From NCBI RefSeq assembly GCF_018350175.1, contig NC_058368.1, positions 35,838,001 to 35,902,000 of the forward strand: 64,000 nucleotides of DNA, in the 5' to 3' direction. Position 1 is the stretch's first letter. Each line of letters opens with the position of its first letter. Below are positions 41,228 to 54,439 of the stretch, piece after piece. Position numbers and translations under genes: made by a program. The DNA comes from Felis catus (Eukaryota). The notes under the pieces are model-generated. The model searched no databases, had not been told where the DNA came from, and worked only from the letters and a program-made list of their open reading frames with translations.

Positions 41228-41287
41228 CATGGTTACAAACTTTCAGAACAGGCCTCTGAGACATGGGACTGAAACTGCGCCGAATAT
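41228..41287 (-). CDS. DIAPH3: DIAPH3 exon following the DAD exon (probably penultimate)
   Basis: Polypyrimidine tract then ttttttaacag|AT ATT CGG ... AAC CAT G|gtaata. 60 bp, phase 1-1, in frame with the DAD exon. Translates (D)IRRSFSPMSQRPVLKVCNH, recognisable as DIAPH3-specific post-DAD sequence. Confidence 0.94.
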
Positions 41288-41635
41288 CTGTTAAAAAAAG
41301 AGAGAGGGAGAGAGAAAGAAAATTAATATAGAGGTCTGTTCATCTCAAAAAGTGTTACAGTATTAGACTGTTTTCAAAGGTGAAATAGGTCGGGACCCAA
41401 AGCAATGCTTCAATACCCTGAAGTACTTGAAGCAATGATGTTATGACTTTTACTTCCCATTTAATTATGCTACTGTAAACTCCACTGGGATAAGGTGCAT
41501 ATGGTTCTTTAGATGAGACTTGTCACACTAATCAAGATTTTTTAGGTTCAGTGCTTTGATTTGTTAATGTGCCACTGACATCGGCCAACTGGAATGCTTC
41601 TCTCTCTGACATTTGTCACTGCAAGGGAAGGATTA

Positions 41636-41917
<282 letters not shown>

Positions 41918-43189
41918 TTACCATAGCAATGTCAAAGCATACACAGAAGCTGGTGATGGTGATGGTAGGGGGAAGAAAGATCAGATGCCAGGACTAAACC
42001 AGCAATTTTAAGATAAGATAGGACTTTAACTCTCTCATAAATCAAATATCTTTTAATGAAATCTGTCTCATTAGTGTCTGCGTTACTGTCCACTAAAGAG
42101 GACCGGGTTCCATTGATTCACTTCAGAGGACTGCTTTTATAGTCTGGCGGCACAATAACTTTAAATAGAATGCGGTTCTAGTCATATCTGTGTCACGGGT
42201 TATCATAAATCACATTTCCCTTGTAGAAATGGGTTATTTTCAAAGCACCAGCTTCTATTCTAAAATCGGCCAGGTGTAGGAGAATGTTCTTGTTGTTGTT
42301 ATTGAGAACTCTGCTGCCTAAACTCATTGCACAAAATTATATTTCCAGGTTAACTATTGTGAACATGCTCCCAACAACTGAGTTTTCATATCAGAAGATA
42401 ATCGCCCCCTGACTTAGGTGACACGGAATAATCACTACAAACTTTTACAGAATGTATGAAAAGTTTGTCTTCTGTAATGAAAAATAACAGAAGAGGCTCT
42501 CAAATACCTAAAATATTTCATCCCATTATGATTAGTTTAAATTGATATTCTGTATATATTTACCGAAAGATGTGGTTATAGAGTCAATTCTCTCTGCAAA
42601 GAACAGATTATTTTGTAATATTTACACCTATTTATAGCTGTCAAAGCTAAATATTATTGAAAAGCAGTGGGAAAAAGAAAAGCTTCAAAGAAACTGCTGG
42701 CCCAATCCCAAATTCAAGGAAATGCCCAAGACTTTTTGGTCCCTAGGAAAGAGGTTACTCGTAGGCATTCTCTATGAAATTGTGTGACTGGTATACGTTA
42801 CATGGAAAGTAACAGAAAACTATTTTCCTCTCATTTTTTAAAATTTCTTTTTATTGAGACACAATCCCTTCATTTGGAACAGATGACAAATGAATGCAGG
42901 AGAGTACAGATAGCAAACATTTACAGTTTATAAACAGATATATAAATATAAATATGCACTGGCCCCTTTCCATCTGGTTCTATCTCATATTTTTAGAAAA
43001 GTACTAAATTTTGTAGGTGTAATTTAAAAAAAAGGTGGGTGATAAGTAGAGTATTTGGAGGTTAATTTTCATATAAATTTAATTCTGAGGTGGCTTGATG
43101 GCTATTTTAATTAAAATGAATCACAAATTTCAGTCACTTTAATTAGTAATTAGCGATCTTCGAAAATTTACACTCAAACTTAAAAAAAA

Positions 43190-44600
43190 AAACCTGCAAG
43201 GAATGTCAGGTATATAAGGTTGTGGATATATTTTGTTAGTAAAAGGTAACATTTTAAAAACCTAAAAGTTTAAGAAAGCAAGCATGAGATTAATGGCATA
43301 CACTTTAAGGGGGGGAAAAAGAGAATTACAAAAAAAATTTGAACTTTCCTTAGTAAGTTTACTGTTGGTAATGGTAATGACATAGTGATTCTGAAACTAT
43401 TATGTTATATCATAAGACTGAGGAGATAGGTATACTCACCATGGGAAATGATACACAAGTATGGAATAGGTGAGGAAGAACCACAAAGTGTTGGAATGCT
43501 AGTACAACTATCACAGAAGCTCAGGGTTTTTAAAAAACACGTTTCCTAGCTTTCCAAAATAACCCAGAAGTAATGACACTGTGATATCAAAGAGCATGTC
43601 TGATCTCCAGATCTTGATTTCTGAATACCATTCTTAATGGGAACCAGAATACGTAGAGAAATGACTGATTCTGGTGCTGAGACCAAGAAAGTGTGAACAA
43701 GGAAGGCATTGATGCACCAGAAGATAATCGAGTGCTCAAGGACAGACAGGGATGTGTCAAAAGGGCAGAGGAGAGCCAGACTGAAAGACAGCCTTGGCCA
43801 AATTTTGGATGACACGAGTACTAAATGAGTAATAATGGAGATGGATTATTACACATTGGGGGAAAAAAACAATTATGCATCCATATTGATACTAAAAAAT
43901 TAGAAATAAATATAGGGGGAGAGAAAGCTCCTCTTTACAAAAGGATGTCAACCACTAGGTGTCAAAGATACAGGGGAAATAGAAAATTCACTATTTTATA
44001 ACTCACATAACAAGAACTGAATGAGGCAGATATCATCAATGGATGCAGAAACCATTGTGTACAAGGCTGCAAAGGAACAGGAGTTGGAGAAATCTGGCAG
44101 ATATCACCTTCCCCAAATACGTAAATCTGACATCAAATTTGGTAACGACTCCTTTCTCAAGTGATGCACTAAGACAGATACAACCTGTGTGGTACTTTGC
44201 AGAAAAAAATATTTATCCTGAATCTAAATGTAAGGAAACAATCACAGAAATCCAAAGTTGGGAACATTATGTGAAATGACTGGCCTGGGTTCTTAATAAC
44301 TACCAATTATGAAAAAGGAGAAGGAGAGAGGGAGGAAAGGAAAGAAATTAGGGAGCTGTTCTAGATTAAAGGAGATTAAAGAGATATGACAACCAAATGC
44401 AATACACAATCTTTGATTAGCTCTTAGACTATAAAAAAAAAGTTATGATTTTATTGAGATAACTGGGGAAATTTTAAAATGGACTAGATGTTAAAGAATT
44501 ACAGCATACCGATGTTAAAATACCTGAATAAGATAATTACATTATCATTAGGTAGGTTAATCCATTTGTTCTGAGCAGATAGATACTGACACATTTAGGC
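43190..44600 (+). mobile_element. Old L1 3' UTR (L1MC-like)
   Basis: gggatgtgtcaaaagggc, agaaatgactgattct, gttctagattaaaggagattaaagagatatgacaaccaaatgcaat. Confidence 0.7.
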
Positions 44601-45209
44601 TCACAGAACAACTTACACCCCCACGTTTCCATGTTTTCTATTTCATGTCCTTGAACATGCTGTTCTCTTTACATAGAACATCTTTCCCTTTCCTTCACCA
44701 AGCTAACTTCTTCTCCTTTAAGACAGAGAACCGAGAACCCTTCCCTGATCTATGTGGGCTGAACTGGGTGCCCCTCTGTGTCCTAATGGTATGGGGTACC
44801 GACAGCAATAAATCCTTTACAATATAATTTACTTGACAGTTTTTACCACTAGACTGAGTTCACTGAGGACAGAGATTATGGCTTTTTCAGAAAAATCCCA
44901 GTATTGCACAGAAAATGTTCCTTAATATATGCTGACCATATTAACAAGTGAAGCACTAACAGGGCCAAATGGAAGGAAAAAAATCACGCAGGAAAATAAA
45001 GGTCTCATGTGGAAAGGGGGCCAGGGAAGTGGTGGGAGTACATTCCTACCACCATTGTAAACAATGCAGCACTGTTTCTTCCTCTTCTCTTGTCTCCTAC
45101 ATCCATTCAGTTGCCAAACAGTGTACACGCCTAAATATCTCAAGGATTGATCAACTGTTTCCTTTTCTGACTAAACTTTAAGTTCAGTGTCCAGAATTGA
45201 ATTAATTTT

Positions 45210-45405
45210 CTTTAATGTTTATTTATTTTTGAGAGACAGAGAGTGAACAGGGGGAGGGCAGAGAGAGGGAGACACAGAATCCGAAGCAGGTTCCAGACTC
45301 AGCTGTCAGCACAGAGCCTGATGCGGGGCTTGAATTCAACAAGCTGTGAGATCATGACCCGAGCCGGAGTCGGATGCTTAACCGACTGAACCACCCAGGC
45401 ACCCC
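45210..45405 (-). mobile_element. CanSINE
   Basis: Reverse-complement element, degenerate TSD agaa(t/c)tga(a/g)tta. Confidence 0.93.
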
Positions 45406-46181
45406 AGAACTGAGTTATTTTTCACCCAAAATAGTGCATGAGTTGCCAGGAGTCACATTGTGTCTAGTTAATCCCAAATTCAAATTTATCTCATATAGCA
45501 CCAGTAAGCTCTGAAGCAGAACTAGGATCTTCAATCCCCTAGTCACAAATTTTCAGTATCTCTCACTTCCCACAATATAAAGTACCAACTCTTTCACTTG
45601 TCCCAACACTTGATTCCAATTGCTTTTCCAATCTTATATCCTCCAACTTCATGACCTGCTCTTTAGCTAAAGGCAACTTTAAAGCTGTGGTTCTTTACAA
45701 ACCTCTCTCCCATCCTTCACTCTCCACATGGAAGTTCTGTGCTTTAGCCTCCCAGAGCTGATGGCATTTTTTGGCCTTCACTCCCACAGCATAATGGAAA
45801 GAATATAATACGGAAGTAAGGAGACATGCATTCTAGTCTGAGGTCTCAACACACTACCTGTGAGACACTGGACTAGTTATAAAATCATTCCTGACAAGTG
45901 TAATAGAAAGAATACCTTTCTAGGGTTAATGAGAGAATCAAATGAGATAATACAAAAGAAAGCACTTGATAAATTGCTAAGTGATATAAAAATGTAGGGG
46001 AATAAATTCATAAATGAACTCCATAGCACACTACAGCAAGTTTATCCAATATTTGATTGTGTTTCAGGCACTGTTTTAGATACATTATAAATTAAATAAC
46101 TTTTATAGTGTATTTTACTATGTTCTTGAATATCATCATTTCTAAGGGAAACTGATCAGAAGTACCTATGAGAAGTAGGCC

Positions 46182-47212
46182 CTGGAATGGGAAAAGATAT
46201 TTACAAATGACATATCAGATAAAGGGTTAGTATCCAAAATCTATAATGAACTTATCAATCTCAACACCCGAAAAACAGATAATCCAGTGAAGAAATGGGC
46301 AGAAGACATAAATAGACACTTTTCCAAAGAAGACATCCAGATGGCCAACAGACACATGAAAAATGCTCAACATCACTCATCATCAGGGAAATACAAATCA
46401 AAACCACATTACAATACCACCTCATACCGGTCAGAGTGGCTAAAATTAACAACTCAGGAAACAACAGGATGTGGAGAAACAGGAATCCTCTTGCACTGTT
46501 GGTGGGAATGCAAACTGGTGCAGCCGCTCTGGAAAACAGTGTAGAGGTTCCTCAAAAAGTTAAAAATAGAACTACCCTATGACCCAGCAATAGCACTGCT
46601 AGGAATTTACCCAAGGGATATAAGAGTGCTGATGCATAGGGGCACATGTACCCCAATGTTTATAGCAGCACTTTCAACAATAGCCAAATTATGGAGAAAG
46701 CCTAAATGTCCATCAGCTGATGAATGGATAAAGAAGATATGGTTTATATATACAATGGAATACTACTTGGCAATGAGAAAAATGAAATCCTGCCATTTGC
46801 AGCAATGTGGATGGAACTGGAAGAGATTATGCTAAGTGAAATAAGTTAGAGAAAGACAGAATATCATATACGTTTTCACTCATATGTGGAACTTGAGAAA
46901 CTTAGCAGAATACCATGGGGGAGGGGAAGGGGGAAAAATAGTTACAAAAAAAGAGGGAGGGAGGCAAACCATAAGAGACTCTTAAATACAGAAAACAAAC
47001 TGAGGGTTGATGGGGGGAGGGGAAAATGGATGATGGGCATTGAGGAGGGCACTCACTGGGATGAGCACTGGGTGCTATTGTATGGAAGCAATGAATCACG
47101 GGAATCTACTCCTAAATCCAAGAGCACACTGTAGACACTATAAGTGGGCCAACTTGACAATAAATTATATTAAAAAAATAAAAAACAAAAAACAAAAAAA
47201 AAATAAAAAAAG
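46182..47212 (+). mobile_element. 5'-truncated carnivore/felid L1 (ORF2 C-terminus, 3' UTR, poly-A)
   Basis: ORF track gives [41 protein letters not shown] and TCTPMFIAALSTIAKLW, split by frameshifts. G-rich 3' UTR and A tail follow. Confidence 0.95.
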
Positions 47213-47233
47213 ATACTGTTAATCACAAATAAA

Positions 47234-47458
47234 TTTTTTTTTTTAAATTTTTTTTCCACGTTATTTTATTTTTGGGACAGAGAGAGACAGAGCATGAACG
47301 GGGGAGGGGCAGAGAGAGAGGGAGACACAGAATCGGAAACAGGCTCCAGGCTCCGAGCCATCAGCCCAGAGCCTGACGTGGGGCTCGAACTCATGGACCG
47401 CGAGATCGTGACCTGGCTGAAGTCGGACGCTTAACCGACTGCGCCACCCAGGCGCCCC
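47234..47458 (-). mobile_element. Felid CanSINE, young and CpG-rich
   Basis: TSD acaaataaa at 47225-47233 and 47459-47467. Many CpGs intact. Confidence 0.95.
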
Positions 47459-48659
47459 ACAAATAAAAATTTTAAAACATGCATTTAGAATATTCATTCA
47501 ACATATCCTTACTGAGGGCCTACTGTGTGCCAGGATATTATTAGGCACTAAAAATACCTAGGCCCCAAGAATTAACAAGACATGTCTTCTGATCACAAGA
47601 AGCAGAACAGTGTGATAGTAAGGGAGGGATCTGGACGAACTACTGGATGTAAGGTTTCCTAGTGAATTACGAGCCGACACATAAGCAGGAGTTAGTCATG
47701 GCAAAACGAGAGACAGAATAGCATACCTGGCAGAAGGGATAGCAGGTGCAAAGGCAAAAGATACGAATAAAAACAAAAGTGAGCTATAGTAAAGTATTGA
47801 GATGATTTATATTTACATGATTCTAATACAAACCTAATAACTCAGATTTACATAACTCTAATACATTATTCCTCTGCAAAGAGAAACAAACATTAGCTAT
47901 TTTTTAATTGTAGACCAGAATTCAATTTCCCTAACTACAAGTCAGTTCATATTCAAAATATTTATAGCCTGTTTCCTGCTGTGAACTCTTTTAAATAAAT
48001 ACACTAACTGTGATAGTCAAAGCTTTGCTACGTCTGAATAACAGATTACCTTGTTTAATTAGTAAATGGTATTTTAAAAAATCGTACAGTGTCAAGGAAA
48101 ATGGAGAAGGGAGAGCTTAGGATGAGTTACCTCTGAAGCAGAATCAATAGGACGTGCAGACAAGGAGAGGGGAAGCAGCTAAGGAGTCACACAGTCTGAG
48201 GTCTCTGGGGCCTATGACTAGAGGAGTAGAAAATATGGAAATATTTTCAAATAATATTGAGTTTGCTGGAGAACAAATGTTGAACATAATGAGTTTCCTT
48301 TTGGACGTGTGAGTACAAGGTGCTAGCAGGGACCTCCTGATAACTTCTGAAAGTAACCTGGAAATTCTGGCCTCAAATTCAAACAAAAATTTCAGTACTA
48401 TTTCCGGAAATCATTTCTGTATTACAAAAGACACTTGCTCAGCACTCTCGGCCAGACCCTGACAAAGGTCCCGAAATACCAGGGGTGACTTTATCCTTGC
48501 CTCACAGATGCTAGTGGTCCTCTGGAAGTGCATAGGACTGAATCGGGAGAGGCGGCATCTTGAGAACCAGTGACATTTTATAAAGAGGAGAAAAGAGAAA
48601 AGGCAGGGACCTGGTAAAGTTTGTTCTGTCCTTTATTTCACTTTTCCCAAACCAAGGCA

Positions 48660-49650
48660 GAACACTGAAAGTACAGATAGCAATAGATGCAGAGAAAATC
48701 CTGAAAGGTTCCAGAACATTAAAAACAAACCATATAGGCTGCATGCAAAGTATAAAATCAGAATAGAACTGGATTTCTCAATAGCAACACTGAGTTCCAG
48801 AAGACAAGATACAGATTTCAAATTCTGAAAGAGAAAGTATGTCCAATGAAGAAATGGTTACATGGCCTAGAAGTGGAGGATAGAAAATGAACACGCAAGT
48901 TTCTGACCACTCGCTCGTAAAAAACTACTGAAAGGCGTGCCTCTGCAAAAAAGGGAAGAAAGTAAGATAAAACAAAAAGCAAAAAACAAACAAACAAACA
49001 TGGGATCTAGGAAAGGGGAGGGGACAGAACAGCAAAGTGGGAAAAAAAAATTCTCAAGATAGTACTTGTGTCCCCGGCTCAGAGCAGCCGCCAATTCAGA
49101 TCACATGGGAGAAAAAGGCAATGGAGGAGAGAACCGTAGCCAAAGAACTAAAAGCAAATCTGCTGTGTTGAACCATTTGCAAAAATGACTGCTGCTGATT
49201 AAACAGACGTGTCTGAGAGTCTGGATAAAACAGTGACAGATATACCCAAGTACTAAGCAAATTAAGAAAAAAAAAATATAAATCTAGAAATAACACTGTT
49301 GCCCAACGGGAAACAATCATGGAATACTAACTGGAGGAATAAGGAGTATTTCCACAGTTGTGCCATTATAAACACTGGTTATTCTTTGACTATCAGGTAT
49401 GATACAGTTGTAATGTGAGGACGTCAGGGGTAGAGGAAAAGGGTACAAGGTCGGCAGAAAGCAAAAGGAAACTAAATCGTCACTGACCAGGAACTCAGTA
49501 ATGCCTAAAACCAATTAGCAATAGTCTAAGCATATTATCTAGAAATAGAGAAGAGGTAAATAAATACCAGGGAAAAAAAAAATCCTAAGAATTAAAAGTG
49601 GTTACCTCTGAGAAGTGGAAGGCAGTAGAGAAGAGGGAAAATACGCTATA
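48660..49650 (+). mobile_element. HAL1 or old L1 ORF1-like remnant
   Basis: aaaatcagaatagaactggatttctcaatagcaacactg translates KIRIELDFSIATLSSRRQ, similar to the L1 ORF1 motif IRLTADFSAETLQARR. Confidence 0.65.
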
Positions 49651-50699
49651 AGCTTAACATATTTCATTTAGGAATTTGCAGACATTATGTTGATATATAT
49701 AAAGTAACGCCAGCAACAAAAGATTTCATGACAGGAAAAGATGACCAGGGAGGTGGAGATGAAGGAAGTTGATTTTTGGCCTAACTGTGCTTTCCTCTGA
49801 GAAGGGGAGGAGGAGAGGTAACAAATGGAATAACACAACATCATGAGCACCGTGATGGAGATCTCCAGCCCAGGAGGGACACTTGGTGTGGGGCGCAGGA
49901 AGAAAGAACAGCAGTCAGAGAAGGCTCCCTGGATACCCAAGACTTAAAGAGTTTTAGGTCTGCCATGGCTTTCTGAAGGCGGAAGACCCTGCTCGAGCTC
50001 AAAGAACAGGCAGAGGTTCTGGAGGGTCCAGAAACACTTGGCGGGCTCAGATGTCCATGGGAGTGGAGAGCAGGGTCCCCGAGGAGCAGTACTGAGAGGT
50101 GCTGAGGGCACAGGGAGGGGACAGCTCCCCACGCACTGAAATAGGCCCAGGAATTTGGGGTTTGCCTTTAAAGGAGCCATCAATTTATTTTAACCTAGGA
50201 CCTAACATGGTCAAATTCCTATTTTAGAAAGATCACTGTGAGGAGGGATAACACGGAAGGCAAGGTTTGAGGATTTCAGTCTAGGTAAACGTGATCACAG
50301 GGCCCAAGGAAGGAATGGAAGTGTTGAAAATGCAAAAGAGAAAGGAAGAACAGAACAGTCTTGGTCAGCCTGGATGGAAGTATTAAAAAATAAAGTTGAA
50401 AAAAAAATAAAGTTGAGGTTAATTTCCAGGTATCTAGCTTGGCTAACTAGCTAGCTAGCTATGGATCGATAATATTCCCCAAGTAATGACTCATGCTTGT
50501 CTGGTGGTGGAATGGGGCTGAGCCTAGAGAGGCATTCATTTTTGGATATGTTGAGGTGTTCATGAGATGTCCAACTGCAAGTGATTCAAGGTGTTCAGGA
50601 GGCTGATGGTGCCTTAGGTTTAATACTAGAGGCAGAACTGGTTACCCTAATAGTTTTAACTTAGAAACACAGTGGTTGTACTTGAAGCTATAGGAAAGA

Positions 50700-50950
50700 G
50701 CATAGTGAAAAGGTAGAGAACACAAGTTTTGAATTCAAACAACTTGGATTGAAACACTGGCTTTCTAATTAGCCATCTGTGTGACTCTGGGCAAATTACT
50801 TAACTCTACTAATCCTCATTTTTTTTTCTCTTAACTTTCGTGTGGAAATAATAATAGTACCTGCTTCACAAAGGTTATTGGAGGATTAAAAGAGATACAT
50901 CAGGTCCAGACACAAAAGAGAGTGCCTGGCACAGAGTAAGGGCTTAATAT
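50700..50950 (+). mobile_element. MIR SINE remnant
   Basis: tgtgtgactctgggcaaattacttaactct ... ataataatagtacctgcttcac ... gaggattaaa. Confidence 0.75.
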
Positions 50951-51695
50951 CAGTTGATCTGTGGTGTGCTAGTTGTTGAAATGGCAGAGTGGGTGATGTC
51001 TTAGGAAGAGAGCGTGCAGTGACATGAGCTCTGAGGATAAGCCACAAGGCAAACTAATGTGTAAAGGGAATGTAGGAAGAAATGAGCGTTCACAGCCTGT
51101 GACCGTTTCCCATTGTGTTTACTTTGCATGCACTTTGAGAGCTCCCGTTTTTACCCCATTGTCCCCTACACACCTTCTGTAACTCACCACATTTTATAGG
51201 GCTTCAGCAGCAGGAAGAGATATAACGGAACTGGGAGCGGGGCTACGGAAGAAAAGCTCAGTCTCTCCAAAGAATTGAGAAGTGTGCCGCTGATGCACAA
51301 AATTCATAGGCTCATAGTTTAACCCAACTCCTTCTAAAAGAAACAGTGACAGTTGCCCTTACAAAATTCCATGAATTATTTTTCTATGCTGCTGGTTATA
51401 GACCTTCTGGGAACCAGATTGTATCTGCTTTACTTGGTAACCCAGTTCAGTCTTTAACCTAGAACAAAGCTCAAAATATGACTTAAACCAGACAGCAAAA
51501 AGACAGGAATAACTTAAAGTCTTTGAACTTGTCTTAATCTAGTTGTGAAAGTGAAAATTTGAGTCAAGGGAGTTAGAAAGCCAATTTTCATTGGGATTTA
51601 ACTGATAAAATGATAATTAGAACAGTTCTCTTTTATACTGTAGTTAAGTGGTTCAACCATAAGTAGAATTTTTATTAAAAAAACCCAAGATTTTA

Positions 51696-51901
51696 GGGAT
51701 GCCTGGGTGGCTCAGTCATTGAGCACTGAACTCTTAGTTTTGGCTCAGGTCATGATCTCACAGTTCGTGGGATCGAGCCCCCCATTGGTCTGTGTGCTGA
51801 CAGCACAGAGCCTGCTTGGGATTCTCTCTCCACACCTCTCTCTCTGCCCCTTCCCTGCTCCTCCCCCTCTCAAAATAAATAAATAAACATTAAAAAAAAA
51901 A
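51696..51901 (+). mobile_element. CanSINE
   Basis: Head, CT tract and A tail. Confidence 0.92.
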
Positions 51902-52013
51902 CCTCAATATTTTAATATATTTTTTCTCCACTATTCTTCATTGTTTGCACAATTTGAATTCAACACATTTCCTGTTATAACTTAGAGGGAAAAAAATCAA
52001 AATCTTTTATAAA

Positions 52014-52230
52014 GGGAGACTGGGTGGCTCTGTCAGTTGAGCATCCGACCGGCTCAGGTCATCATCTCGCGGCTTGTGAGTTCGAGCCTTGCATCAGGCT
52101 CTGTGCTGATAGGTCAGAGCCTGGAGCCTGCTTCAGATTCTGTGTCTCCCTCTCTCTCTGCCCCTCCCCTACTTGTGCTCTGTCTGTCTCTCTCTCAAAA
52201 GCAAATAAACATTAAAAAACAAAACAAAAT
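52014..52230 (+). mobile_element. CanSINE
   Basis: TSD aaatcttttataaa at 52000-52013 and 52231-52244. Confidence 0.93.
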
Positions 52231-52574
52231 AAATCTTTTATAAAGAATTTTTTACTGTTTTCAGTTTTTTTTTTTTTTTTTTCTTTTAAAATAGAACAGT
52301 TAAGAACAAAATCAAGGACTCAAAGTGCTGGGCTTGAATCATGGCTCTTACTCTTACCAGCTGTGTGCCCCTTAAGGACCATCTTGGGCTTTCCCATCTC
52401 TTCATTTAGGAGGAGGAGGAGAAGAGCATCTACCTCAAAAGGTTGTTTTAAGGATTAAGTGAGCTAACACATGTGAAAAGCTTACAATCGCGTCTCACAC
52501 ATGGTAAGGCCTCAATAGATATTAACTGCCATTTTTAATATTATGATGACTGTTCTTACTCACCAATATGGTAC

Positions 52575-52930
52575 ACATTGCTGACTGGCCACTGCAAGAC
52601 ATCCATTCCCTACCCTCTCCTTGTTTGCTTCCACTATGGAGGCTGGAAAAGTTAAAACCTTATTTTCTGAGGCTCCCTAGTAGCAAAGCTAAGGGTGGCC
52701 ATGTAATGCATTTCTGACCAATGAAATTTAAGTGGACATCTGCTAGAGTGCTTCTAGGAAGAAAAAAGAGGCATATGTTGATAACCTCTCCACTTCTGCT
52801 TCCTATCTTGAATATCTACTGGAGCTATGACATAGCTCTGTCTGAAATCACATGTTACTACTTATTTCTTGCTATCTTGAATATGCTTGGTCCTGTCGCA
52901 GCCACCTCGTGTCATCTTGTAACTCTTGAG
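52575..52930. mobile_element. ERVL LTR fragment (LTR33/LTR16-like)
   Basis: ggctccctagtagc ... ggggtggccatgtaa ... ttctgaccaatgaaatttaagtgga. Confidence 0.6.
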
Positions 52931-53175
52931 CACATACCATGGGGCCATTTTTACAGTTGCTCTGGATAAAATATAGGCTATCTTTTCAAAGCTTCAGTAG
53001 AAACGTATTTTACAGGTACATTTAAACAAATAAACCATGTTTATTATACTATTTATTATATTGTATGCAAATTAGAATCTAATTTTACATTTTATACTAA
53101 ATAAAGTTAAAGAAATATTTGTAAAATAAAGTATTTTTCTCAAATGAACTCTCTGGTCTTCAAAAAAAATATACA

Positions 53176-53375
53176 GGGGTGCCTGGGTGGCTCTGTCGGC
53201 TAAGCATTCATCTTCAGCTAAGGTCATTTTCTCACGGTTTGTGGGTTCAAGCCTCATGTCGGGCTCTGTACTGAAAGTTTGGAGCCTGGACACTGCTTCA
53301 GATTCTGTTCTCTCTTTCTCTGCTCCTCCCCCACTTGTGCCCCCCACCTCAAATAAGTAAATAAACATTTAAAAA
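53176..53375 (+). mobile_element. CanSINE
   Basis: ggggtgcctgggtggctc head and aataaacatttaaaaaa tail. Confidence 0.9.
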
Positions 53376-53721
53376 ATACATCCATTATTGGATGTCACAA
53401 ATAAAGCATGATTCTATTTTAATTATGTAAACTAGGCAAAAAAGGTAATATAAATATACTGTAACAAATCCTATTGCATTGTCATTCATTTTTAATTTCC
53501 CAATTTCTTACAATTTAGGTTGTTGTAAAAAAAAATGATGATTCCATCATCACAGTCATTTAATTAAACTCATGAAGATAACCCATGTATCTTCTTTTGA
53601 AATCTTTTTTAGAGTTCTTTCATTTTTAAAACTAATGTAAACAAGCGGCAAAACTCCAGGAGAATAAATAAGTTACTTGTGTGCTCATTTAATTCTCTTT
53701 TCAAATAAAAAGGGCAGAACC

Positions 53722-53900
53722 AGGCCCCTGGGTGGCTCAGCTGGTTGAGCATCTGACTGTTGATTTTGCTCAGGTCCTGCTCTCATAGTTCCGTGAATTG
53801 AGCCCATGCAGCAGAGCATGCTGGACTCTCCCTCTTTCTCTGCCCCTCCCCCACTCTCCCTTTCTCTGTCTCCTTCAAAATAAATAAATAAACTTAAAAA
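53722..53900 (+). mobile_element. CanSINE (diverged)
   Basis: cctgggtggctcagctggttgagcatctgac head and (AAAT)n tail. Confidence 0.85.
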
Positions 53901-54064
53901 AGGGGCACATTTTCAGAATGTCAACATACTTAAGGCACAAGATTTAAAAGTGACCGTATATAATCAATAAATGAGTTTGTTATTACAAAATAATACAGCA
54001 GGTGGGCTGTATGAAATAGACATCCCACATTTAAAAAACAAAAAAACAAAAAACACTTCAGTAA

Positions 54065-54254
54065 GGGACACCTGGGTAGTTCAGTCAGTTAATCGTCCTA
54101 CTTTGGCTCAGGTCATTATCTCATGGGTTAGAGCCCTGTGTTGGGCTCTGTGCTGACAGCTCAGAGCCTGGAGCCTGCTTTGGATTCTGTGCCTCCCCTG
54201 CTTGTGCTCTTTCTCTCAAAAATAAATAAATGTTAAAAACAAAAGAAAGCAAAA
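54065..54254 (+). mobile_element. CanSINE (internally deleted)
   Basis: Flanking repeat acttcagtaag on both sides. Confidence 0.9.
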
Positions 54255-54439
54255 ACTTCAGTAAGAGTTTCCCAAAGTGTGCATCACAGAATGCTAGTTC
54301 CGTGAAAAGCAGTATGTGTGTGTGTGGTGGGGGAAGGGAGGGTAGTTCTGCGGTCAAATAAGCTTGGAAAATAATGTGTAGTATATACTGCTCTTGGAAA
54401 TTCATATAAAAAACACTTAAAAATTTAATTCATGATTTA

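Noticed and set aside
46261..47222. L1 ORF2-like peptides as an active element or gene
   Set aside because: About 1 kb, 5'-truncated and frameshifted, with no ORF1, endonuclease or RT domain.
50385..50465. Short tandem duplication aaaaaataaagttga x2 and (TAGC)n
   Set aside because: Ordinary slippage products with no sign of function.
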